A stretch of DNA of 64,000 bases, taken from assembly GCA_043801965.1 (NCBI GenBank), contig JAZDLN010000024.1, forward strand, positions 6,670 through 70,669. Direction: 5' to 3'. Positions 8,367 to 15,290 of the stretch are shown one piece after another. The DNA comes from Candidatus Falkowbacteria bacterium (GTDB lineage Bacteria > Patescibacteriota > Patescibacteriia > Patescibacteriales > UBA12075). A program made the position numbers and the translations under genes. How positions within the stretch are numbered: the stretch's first letter is position 1; each line of letters begins with the position of its first letter. A model generated the notes under the pieces. That model ran no database searches. It worked only from the letters and a program-made list of their open reading frames with translations, and was not told where the DNA came from.

Positions 8367-10181
8367 TTACCACTGAGTCGGATCAACGGCGACAGAAAAA
8401 TAGTTTCTTCCCTCATAAATACCCGAGGTAGTGCCACCTGGGATGCCTATGCCCCAATATATTTCATCAGTAATATCTAAATTGCCGGTGGTCGGTTTTA
8501 TGATATCAGTATACACCAAGGTATAATCAGGAGCGGTTGTAGAAGCTTTTGTATAGGTGCCGGAACCGTAAGCGAAGGTGGTAGTGCCGAATTCCTGCTG
8601 GATAGCTTCGATATAATCCAGGAAATCATCCTTTACCATGTCGTCCAAATCTAATTCTGTATTCATCGGCACGTTGCCGAAATTCTCGACCGTGGTCGTG
8701 GCGTTATCAGAGCCCGTATTCTGGCCACCCCGAATCTGACCGTATTGGATTTCCGGTTCCTGTACGTCCAAACCTTCCGACTGATCGACGTCCGGCGCGG
8801 AACCGGCGTCGTTCGTATTATAGCCGAATGCGCTCTCATCAAAACCAGCCAGTCCAGCCATCCAGACGGTCCAGCCGTAAGGATTAGTATTATCAGAGGT
8901 TGAAGGAATAGCGTGGAAAGCCAAAGTAGTGGTGCATACATACCAGCTGGTATCATCCATGCCGCTGCAGCCGCCGTTATAAGTGCAGGCTGTCGTACCT
9001 ATGGGGTAGCAGTTATCGTCGTCGGCCGCGCAACCGATCGCGGTAGTGGTACCTAGGCCCGACCAATAAATCGTAGCGGTCGCGGAAGTAATATCCCAGC
9101 AGCCGTTCAGGTCAGCTATCGTGCCGGAGGCGGTTACTACTACTTCCGAGGCTTCTTTTAATGAAAGAGTAATAAGAGCATCATCATTCAACGATACGCC
9201 GGAAACCGTCGGCGCCACATTATTTACCGTATAAGTATTGGTTAAGGGGGTGGAAGTCGCTTTGAAAGAATGGCTGTCCATGACGAATCCCCAATAATTA
9301 TAAGTCCCGTCCGGCGTAACCCAGTTAAGCGGGGCCGTACTCGACGCGAACGAGCATTCGACGTAATTCGTGGAGGTGGCAGCGCCGCCGATACACCAAG
9401 TCTCTGCTGTGCAGCCGGTAGTTGTGGAAAAACCGTTAGAAGAACATACGTGCAAATAAACTCCGTCAGCCCCGCCTAAAACGTCTAAGTCGGTAGTGGT
9501 GGCGCGGACCGTAAAAGTCCCGCCCGGATCTTTATAGTTATCAGAGGTTATTAACCCGGTAAAAAACGGCGCGTGATTTATGTAAAACGGAGAGGAAGAC
9601 GCGTAATTTCCCGGAGCCGCGCCCTGAGAAGCGGTCTCCGAGCAATAAGCTTGCGTGGCATGAGTATCGCAGACGAAAGCATACCATTCGTCGGTTTCGG
9701 CGGAAGGTACGGTATTATTGACGTTATAGGTGCAGGTCGCTTCCGATCCGGAATTGGTCGCGTTGGAGCGGCAAAACTGAGTCGCGCCTACCGGACATTG
9801 CGGATTAGCCGCGTCAGGCTGGGCCGTGCCGCCGGCCGAACAGATCAACAAACGATACTGGTTATTTTCCGGGTCGCTCGCGGTCGCCGCGAAACCGAGG
9901 GCGTCACCGACGTTGACCGGAGAAGTTGAGGTCGAGGCCGGAACTTCTTTCGGTTCCCCGTTTACGACGTAAGCCGGCGGAGCGTTCAATACTTCAACAG
10001 TGGTCGTGGCCGAGCCGGCGGCCTGCGCTTCCGGCCGGAAATTAGAATTATCAAACGATTTGTAAAAACCGCTGAAATCAAAATTAAAAACGAGACCAAA
10101 AACCGTCGAGCTTACAAGAAGGCAAAAGATTAGAAACAACGGCAATGATCTCTTAATATGATGTTTTATTATTTTACTCAT
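8367..10181 (-). CDS. secreted protein, paralogue of the C-terminal ~520 aa of the giant protein
   Basis: 604 aa with an N-terminal signal-anchor. Collinear matches to the giant protein: INHAPFFTGLITSDNYKDPGGTFTVRATTTDLDVLGGADGVYLHVCSSNG vs INHPPVFTAATTTDNFKNPGGTFTVTAYATDTDVSGGADTLSLYVCTSNS; YTVNNVAPTVSGVSLND vs YTVNNAAPTIGSFFLND; C-termini YWGIGIPGG... vs YWGIGIPFL... Confidence 0.8.
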   Translation of the reverse strand: MSKIIKHHIKRSLPLFLIFCLLVSSTVFGLVFNFDFSGFYKSFDNSNFRPEAQAAGSATTTVEVLNAPPAYVVNGEPKEVPASTSTSPVNVGDALGFAATASDPENNQYRLLICSAGGTAQPDAANPQCPVGATQFCRSNATNSGSEATCTYNVNNTVPSAETDEWYAFVCDTHATQAYCSETASQGAAPGNYASSSPFYINHAPFFTGLITSDNYKDPGGTFTVRATTTDLDVLGGADGVYLHVCSSNGFSTTTGCTAETWCIGGAATSTNYVECSFASSTAPLNWVTPDGTYNYWGFVMDSHSFKATSTPLTNTYTVNNVAPTVSGVSLNDDALITLSLKEASEVVVTASGTIADLNGCWDITSATATIYWSGLGTTTAIGCAADDDNCYPIGTTACTYNGGCSGMDDTSWYVCTTTLAFHAIPSTSDNTNPYGWTVWMAGLAGFDESAFGYNTNDAGSAPDVDQSEGLDVQEPEIQYGQIRGGQNTGSDNATTTVENFGNVPMNTELDLDDMVKDDFLDYIEAIQQEFGTTTFAYGSGTYTKASTTAPDYTLVYTDIIKPTTGNLDITDEIYWGIGIPGGTTSGIYEGRNYFSVAVDPTQW

Positions 10182-10236
10182 GGGGATCTTTTTAATTATA
10201 TTGATTGCCGATTAACATCAACAATCTGCTGGTATT

Positions 10237-10271
10237 ATTATACCACATTTTCCGTAAAAAAAACAAATCGC
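10237..10271 (-). promoter_or_regulatory. putative sigma70-type promoter (extended -10) for the 8367-10181 gene
   Basis: Minus strand reads TTGTTT-17 nt-TATAAT with TGTGG immediately upstream (TGTGGTATAATAAT). The 14-mer is identical to the one at 15193-15206. Confidence 0.45.
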
Positions 10272-10482
10272 CGATATTTTATTAAAATGGTAAAATTGTT
10301 TAATATTAGATAATTTTATAAATATTATCCTTAAAAACTGTATTTTGTTTATTTAAAAAACATATATTTATAATATATGCTGTGGATAAACCTCATGTTT
10401 GGTTATAACTTATGACTTTTAACTGTCAGGGTCAGACTAAAATCAAAAATCTATAACCTAAAAGCTAAAAACTTACAGCTAA

Positions 10483-11679
10483 CTAGCTATACCTGATAGC
10501 ATCCAGCGGATTTAATGATCCCGCACGTTTAGAGGGGAATAAACCGGTAATATAGCCCATGATAGCGGAAAAAACAGCGATAAAAAGCAGAAAACCCATC
10601 GGAAAACGGAAAAGGGACATAGAGGTTCCGCCCAGCCTGGTAGCGATTGAATTAAGCAAAAAATTAATAGATAGTCCTCCGCCCACGCCGATACCGATTC
10701 CTACCACTCCGCCTAAAAATCCCATCAAAACCGATTCTGTCAAAAACATAACCTTGATCGATAAAGGTGAACCGCCGATCGTGCGCATAATACCGATCTC
10801 TTTGGTGCGTTCAAGCAAAGTTACCGTCATCGTATTGAACATGCCGATAGCAGATACAATGAGAGCGATGCCGCCGAAAAGCGCGAGCGTTACCTGGACC
10901 CCGCGGAAGATCTTATTCGCCTGATCTACGGTTTTCGACAAAGCGGTTACCACGAATCCCGACTCCAGTATCTTCGCTTCCACCGAATCCAGGAACTCCC
11001 TGCCGGTTACTTTGACCCTGGCTTTTTCATAGTATGGAATGGCGAAGCGGGAAGAAAATTCGGATAAAGGTATGTAAGCAAACAACGAGGCCTCATCTTC
11101 TATTATGCCCTTGACCTTGAACTCTTTATTTATCGGTATTTCCTGTATATCGCTGTTCTCGAGCGACGGCACGAAAACTTTAAAACTTATGGTTTTGCCG
11201 ATCACTTCGGCCGCTTCCATTTCGAATAATTTGAGTACCGCTGAGGACAGCACCGCGTAATCCTTCTCCCCCTCGTCGAATAATTCGCCTTCCTGGGTAA
11301 TAACACCGGCGTAACGGAAATAATCGGTCTCGACCCCGTTTAAGATTATCGAACTGGTGAGGTTGCCCTGGGTAATAAGCGACGTAAAACTGGCCAAAGC
11401 GGATACGTCTTCGACATTTTCGAGCTGCTGGAATTTGTCCAATTCGTCTTTATTGATCACTATTATGCGGGAAGGCGGCGTTATCACGTTTAAAGAGAGC
11501 ATCGCTTCCCCGAAAACGATCTTTTCGAGAAGTAACCCCTGCAGTCCGTAACCCAAACCTACCAGAACAACGACTGCCGCGATGCCGACGCCGATACCGG
11601 CGATCGTAAGCCAGGTCCGGGCGGGTCTTGTCCGAAACATTCTCGTCGCTAATTTTAATGTATCCTGTATTCTCATCAT
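10483..11679 (-). CDS. ABC transporter permease, FtsX/MacB family
   Basis: 398 aa. N-terminal LKLATRMFRTRPARTWLTIAGIGVGIAAVVVLVGLG, a large periplasmic-type loop, and a C-terminal FtsX-type 3-TM bundle (LLERTKEIGIMRTIGGSPLSIKVMFLTESVLMGFLGG). Confidence 0.85.
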   Translation of the reverse strand: MMRIQDTLKLATRMFRTRPARTWLTIAGIGVGIAAVVVLVGLGYGLQGLLLEKIVFGEAMLSLNVITPPSRIIVINKDELDKFQQLENVEDVSALASFTSLITQGNLTSSIILNGVETDYFRYAGVITQEGELFDEGEKDYAVLSSAVLKLFEMEAAEVIGKTISFKVFVPSLENSDIQEIPINKEFKVKGIIEDEASLFAYIPLSEFSSRFAIPYYEKARVKVTGREFLDSVEAKILESGFVVTALSKTVDQANKIFRGVQVTLALFGGIALIVSAIGMFNTMTVTLLERTKEIGIMRTIGGSPLSIKVMFLTESVLMGFLGGVVGIGIGVGGGLSINFLLNSIATRLGGTSMSLFRFPMGFLLFIAVFSAIMGYITGLFPSKRAGSLNPLDAIRYS

Positions 11680-11690
11680 ATAATTAACTT

Positions 11691-11758
11691 TTTAGGCGTT
11701 AGGCATTAGGGTTTTAGGCTTTAGCTAACGTCCTAACTCCTAAGGCCTAAAGCCTAAA
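11691..11758. repeat. intercistronic hairpin, TTAGGC heptad word family
   Basis: Left arm tttaggcgttaggcattagggttttaggctttagc (11691-11725). Right arm gtcctaactcctaaggcctaaagcctaaa (11730-11758). The arms are arrays of nTTAGGC and its complement. Abuts stop 11759. Confidence 0.8.
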
Positions 11759-13081
11759 TTAATGTCCATGTCCCGGGTCTTCGCTTCCCTGAATAAGTAT
11801 CTTTTCAAAATGATTCGTCAGTTTGCGGGAAGCATTCTTGCTTATTCCCACTCCCCCCTCGTCCAGAGAACGGCGCAAAGTCAGTTTAAATTCTTCCCGG
11901 GAGATCAAACCGGAGATCCGGTTATAGATAAGCTCCTTAAGCCTCTTTTTCTGCACGAACGCTAATTCATCTTCATGCTCTTCGGTTATATATCTGGTAA
12001 GTCTCGATATCAATTCCGGCTCCTCGGCAAAAAAATTATTGGACAAGAAGCGGCGCCGGAAGCGGCGCGCGTCCTCCGACTGCCGGATCACTTTATCGAC
12101 TTTGTCGGCCATCGTTTCTGCTAACGCCTCCGAAACACCGATGCCTCCGTCCGGATAATTCCGTTTTAAGATACGATGGAATTCCTTCTTATCCATTTTT
12201 CTTTCCATCACGTATTTAACGAGCTCTTCCAGTCTTTGCAACTGGTGGAAATTAAGATCCTGGGTCATGTAATTGACCAGGCTTTTTACCTTAAGTTCGG
12301 TTGGCGAATTATAAGGGAATATCTTTGACAACTGATCCATTTCGGTTACCAATATCTTCTGTTTGTCTATCTTGGCGATCTGCTTCTTGTCCGGATTAGG
12401 CACGACCCGCTCCAGAAGGCCGTCCTTCATGTAAAACACCCGGTGGCAGTAAGCCAGCTGGGCCGCGTTGTGGGTAATCATAATAACCGTTTTCTTGTCC
12501 GCGGAATTGATCTCGTCTAATGAGGTCATTACCTGTTTCGTGGAAACGCTGTCTAGGTTACCCGTAGGCTCATCCGCCAAAAGAATATCAGGATTATTAA
12601 CCATCGATCGGGCGACGGAAACTCTCTGCGATTGGCCGCCGGACAGGTTATCGGGATATTTTTCGCCCTGTCCTTCCATGCCGAAACGTTTTAAAAGCTG
12701 CCTGGCCCAGGCTTCCCGCCGGCTTGGATTAACTCCGTGGAATATTTGCGGCAAAACGACGTTGTCGATAACCGAGATCGAATTAATAAGATAGAAGGCT
12801 TGATATATAATGCCGATCGTCTTAGTCTGGAACCGGACCATCTCTTCCGGCGAATATGAATACGGATTCTGGCCCTTAACCAAAAGCTGTCCGCCGGAAG
12901 GCTCAAGAATCCCTAAAATACTGTAAAAAACGGTGGATTTGCCGCAGCCGGACGGACCGAAAAAAGCCACGAATTCTCCCGGGTAAATTTCCATATTCAT
13001 CCCCTTGGTAGCTTTATATTCGTTGACCTTTCCTAAATTATAGGTAATTTCCAGGTCTTTTAATTTGATGATTGGTTCCAT
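11759..13081 (-). CDS. ABC transporter ATP-binding protein with ~215-aa C-terminal extension
   Basis: 440 aa. Walker A GPSGCGKST, signature LSGGQSQRVSVARS, Walker B ILLADEPTGNLD, H-loop ITHN. The C-terminal extension carries an internal duplication (MDKKEFHRILKRNYPDGGIGVSEALAETMADKV / ISREEFKLTLRRSLDEGGVGISKNASRKLTNHF). Confidence 0.9.
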   Translation of the reverse strand: MEPIIKLKDLEITYNLGKVNEYKATKGMNMEIYPGEFVAFFGPSGCGKSTVFYSILGILEPSGGQLLVKGQNPYSYSPEEMVRFQTKTIGIIYQAFYLINSISVIDNVVLPQIFHGVNPSRREAWARQLLKRFGMEGQGEKYPDNLSGGQSQRVSVARSMVNNPDILLADEPTGNLDSVSTKQVMTSLDEINSADKKTVIMITHNAAQLAYCHRVFYMKDGLLERVVPNPDKKQIAKIDKQKILVTEMDQLSKIFPYNSPTELKVKSLVNYMTQDLNFHQLQRLEELVKYVMERKMDKKEFHRILKRNYPDGGIGVSEALAETMADKVDKVIRQSEDARRFRRRFLSNNFFAEEPELISRLTRYITEEHEDELAFVQKKRLKELIYNRISGLISREEFKLTLRRSLDEGGVGISKNASRKLTNHFEKILIQGSEDPGHGH

Positions 13082-13116
13082 GCTTAGGCTTTAGCTATTA
13101 GGCTTTAGGCGCTAGC
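13082..13116. repeat. left inverted arm (TTAGGC words) flanking four-helix-bundle gene 1
   Basis: gcttaggctttagctattaggctttaggcgctagc. Complementary in word content to 13490-13527. Confidence 0.75.
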
Positions 13117-13131
13117 CAATGTTTTTGACAC

Positions 13132-13485
13132 CTAATTATTACTAATAAGCTTGTTTAATATTCTCATGATTTCATTTAATAAACTATCAACCGCCTCATA
13201 TTCTTTAATGGCGCAATAGCGCAATTTTTTCGATATTTCAAGCTGAGTTTCTGTTTCAGCTCCGGAAGCATACGCAATCAGCAGGAAACGCCGAAATTCT
13301 CCCGGCGCTCCCCTCATTTTTCCTTCGGCGATGTTTGAAGGCATTGATACGGCCGCTCTTCTTAACTGCGAACTTAACCCGTATTTTTCGCATTCAGGGA
13401 AATTTTGAGTTAATTTATATACTTCCATTACCAAATCCATTGATTTCTGCCACACTATCAAATCTTTATATGTCTTCGTGTTCAT
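13132..13485 (-). CDS. four-helix-bundle protein (23S rRNA intervening-sequence protein / Avd-like family)
   Basis: 117 aa. YKDLIVWQKSMDLVMEVYKLTQNFPECEKYGLSSQLRRAAVSMPSNIAEG...AYASGAETETQLEIS is the characteristic pattern of this family (TIGR02436-like, from memory). Confidence 0.85.
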   Translation of the reverse strand: MNTKTYKDLIVWQKSMDLVMEVYKLTQNFPECEKYGLSSQLRRAAVSMPSNIAEGKMRGAPGEFRRFLLIAYASGAETETQLEISKKLRYCAIKEYEAVDSLLNEIMRILNKLISNN

Positions 13486-13489
13486 AAAG

Positions 13490-13527
13490 TGCTAATGCCT
13501 AACGCCCTAGAGCCTAATGCCTAAAAA
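13490..13527. repeat. right inverted arm (GCCTAA words) flanking four-helix-bundle gene 1
   Basis: gctaatgcctaacgccctagagcctaatgcctaaaaa. Its reverse complement tttttaggcattaggctctagggcgttaggcattagc pairs word-for-word with 13082-13116. Confidence 0.75.
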
Positions 13528-15114
13528 CTAAATCTTCAATTTTTTGACCCACCCGAACGAGCTTTCGAAGTTCTTTAGTATTATATCGATGATGCTTTCT
13601 TCCTGGGACGGGGTTAACATGGTAAAATCCTCTGATTTGGCTTTATTTTCCGCTTCATCCTCGCAGATTATCCAGAATTTATAAACCGTCGAGGGTATGA
13701 AGTTTGTTACCACCTGGACGTGCCTGGCCGCGAGATCGTTTTCAAGCGGTAACGTGCTCGGCTCGTCTATCGTAACGAGTCCCTGGTGGTAAAATAACTG
13801 GCACCTGGAGGGTTCATCGGTTTCCCAGCTGGCGATCGTCTGCACCTTATTGTCCGATCCGGGATAAAGGGTGGACTCGGTCTTTACCTTTGAAATTATC
13901 GGCGGGTATTCGTCTTTTGTCGTAATAAATGTCAGGGGTTCGCTTTCGGCCTTTTCCCCCTCTTCGCTTTCCACCCTGATTATAGCTGAATAATAAGTAT
14001 CGAAAACCAGGTTAGTGAGCTTCATGGAATGAATCGTCAGAAAACTTGAATTACCCTCTAGCTTCGTGTCACCGGAATTCAGGTTGGTATATTCTATGAT
14101 CGATGAACAGGGAACATTCGTTACCCACCTGATCGTAGCCGACTCCTCTTCGATCTTTATTATCTGGATATTGTAGATTTCCGGCAGAATCGACTTGGTT
14201 TTGAAGGTTTTATCGCCTGAAATGCCTTTAAGACCCAAGGATGATTCCGAGGAAACCTGAAAATGGTACGTGGTAGCCGGCGTCAAACCGGTAACTTCGA
14301 CGCGATGCTTAAGCACGAACTCATCCGGTTCGCCTTCTTTCCAGGTATACGGGTCCCCGGCCTGGTCTTCGTAATCGTATTCATCTTCTTCCGCTAAAGC
14401 TACCATAGTGTTGGATTCCTTGTCTGTATCCCAGGTAATAATCGCGTAATCGGTGCCCACCTCCACGTCCGCGTAATCAAGGATAATGGTCGGCGGAAGA
14501 AGCACGTCTTCGGCTTTTTCTTCGACTTTTTCCTTAACTTCTTCCAGGACTTCCTCGCTGGTGATGTTTTCGATAAGCTTCAATAGAACCTCTTCTCCCC
14601 GCTGGGAAAGTCCGCCGACCCCCTCTTCCGTAATCAGATCCTTCAAGCCTCCTTCTCCCGCTTCTATGATATCCTCCGACGGAACCTCGGAGATCAATTC
14701 TTCCTCTGTTTTAGGGGTTAAGAAACTGAAATCGTTCGATATGCTCTGGTTTCCGTCCGCGTCGGAAGAGGTTACCCGGAAATAATAAGTTTTCCCGGCC
14801 TCCAGATTATCAAGAAGTATGGCGTGCTCGGTTTTATCGGCCCGGGGATCCCTGGCTACGCCGTAAGATTTATCCAGGCCGTAATTCACGAGAGAATCGG
14901 CCGCTTCGTCGGTCTCCCAGGTTATTTCCGAGGAAGTGGCGCTTATTTTATCGACATTAATATTATATATGGCCGGCGGCGTAGCATCCGCCTCTTCTTC
15001 CGCGGCGAACAAAGCATCGGTCTTATGCATCACGAAAAAACCGGCCGCCATCACTCCGATGAGCGTCAGGAAAAACAGGAGAATATTGAAATAGAAAAAT
15101 TTATTTAATTTCAT
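13528..15114 (-). CDS. membrane-anchored protein with four Fn3-like domains
   Basis: 528 aa. N-terminal TM (FFYFNILLFFLTLIGVMAAGFFV). Repeated I(Y/T)N(I/V)...TW(E/D)TDE...Y(Y/H)F(R/Q)V modules (e.g. EITWETDEAADSLVNYG...GKTYYFRVTSSDADGN), typical of Fn3/purple-acid-phosphatase-N type domains. Confidence 0.75.
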   Translation of the reverse strand: MKLNKFFYFNILLFFLTLIGVMAAGFFVMHKTDALFAAEEEADATPPAIYNINVDKISATSSEITWETDEAADSLVNYGLDKSYGVARDPRADKTEHAILLDNLEAGKTYYFRVTSSDADGNQSISNDFSFLTPKTEEELISEVPSEDIIEAGEGGLKDLITEEGVGGLSQRGEEVLLKLIENITSEEVLEEVKEKVEEKAEDVLLPPTIILDYADVEVGTDYAIITWDTDKESNTMVALAEEDEYDYEDQAGDPYTWKEGEPDEFVLKHRVEVTGLTPATTYHFQVSSESSLGLKGISGDKTFKTKSILPEIYNIQIIKIEEESATIRWVTNVPCSSIIEYTNLNSGDTKLEGNSSFLTIHSMKLTNLVFDTYYSAIIRVESEEGEKAESEPLTFITTKDEYPPIISKVKTESTLYPGSDNKVQTIASWETDEPSRCQLFYHQGLVTIDEPSTLPLENDLAARHVQVVTNFIPSTVYKFWIICEDEAENKAKSEDFTMLTPSQEESIIDIILKNFESSFGWVKKLKI

Positions 15115-15146
15115 GTTTTATTAGACTGTTAGGGCAATATAAATTC

Positions 15147-15192
15147 TAATGCCTAATGCCTAATGCCTAATGCCTAATGCCTAATGCCTAAT
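15147..15192. repeat. perfect tandem heptamer array (TAATGCC) x6.5
   Basis: taatgcc repeated at 15147, 15154, 15161, 15168, 15175 and 15182, plus taat. On the transcribed minus strand this is (AUUAGGC)n, starting at about the predicted TSS of the Fn3 operon. Confidence 0.95.
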
Positions 15193-15195
15193 ATT

Positions 15196-15225
15196 ATTAT
15201 ACCACAAAACTCCCTCTTCTGCCAA
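15196..15225 (-). promoter_or_regulatory. putative sigma70-type promoter (extended -10) for the Fn3 / four-helix / ABC operon
   Basis: Minus strand reads TTGGCA (15225-15220), 18 nt, then TGgTATAAT (-10 at 15201-15196). Confidence 0.5.
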
Positions 15226-15251
15226 AACTCTGAATCCCCACCCCTAAAAGC

Positions 15252-15290
15252 AATGCCTAAGGCCTAAAGCCTAACGCCCTAACGCCTAAA
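15252..15290. repeat. GCCTAA word array directly after the giant-gene stop
   Basis: aatgcctaaggcctaaagcctaacgccctaacgcctaaa. Same orientation as the 15147-15192 array, with no complementary arm nearby. Confidence 0.85.

Noticed and set aside
15147-15290. CRISPR array or telomere-like repeat (TTAGGC words, tandem heptamers).
   Set aside because: The units are 7 nt with no spacers, and there are no cas genes. The resemblance to eukaryotic TTAGGC/TTAGGG telomere repeats is coincidental in a bacterial intergenic context.
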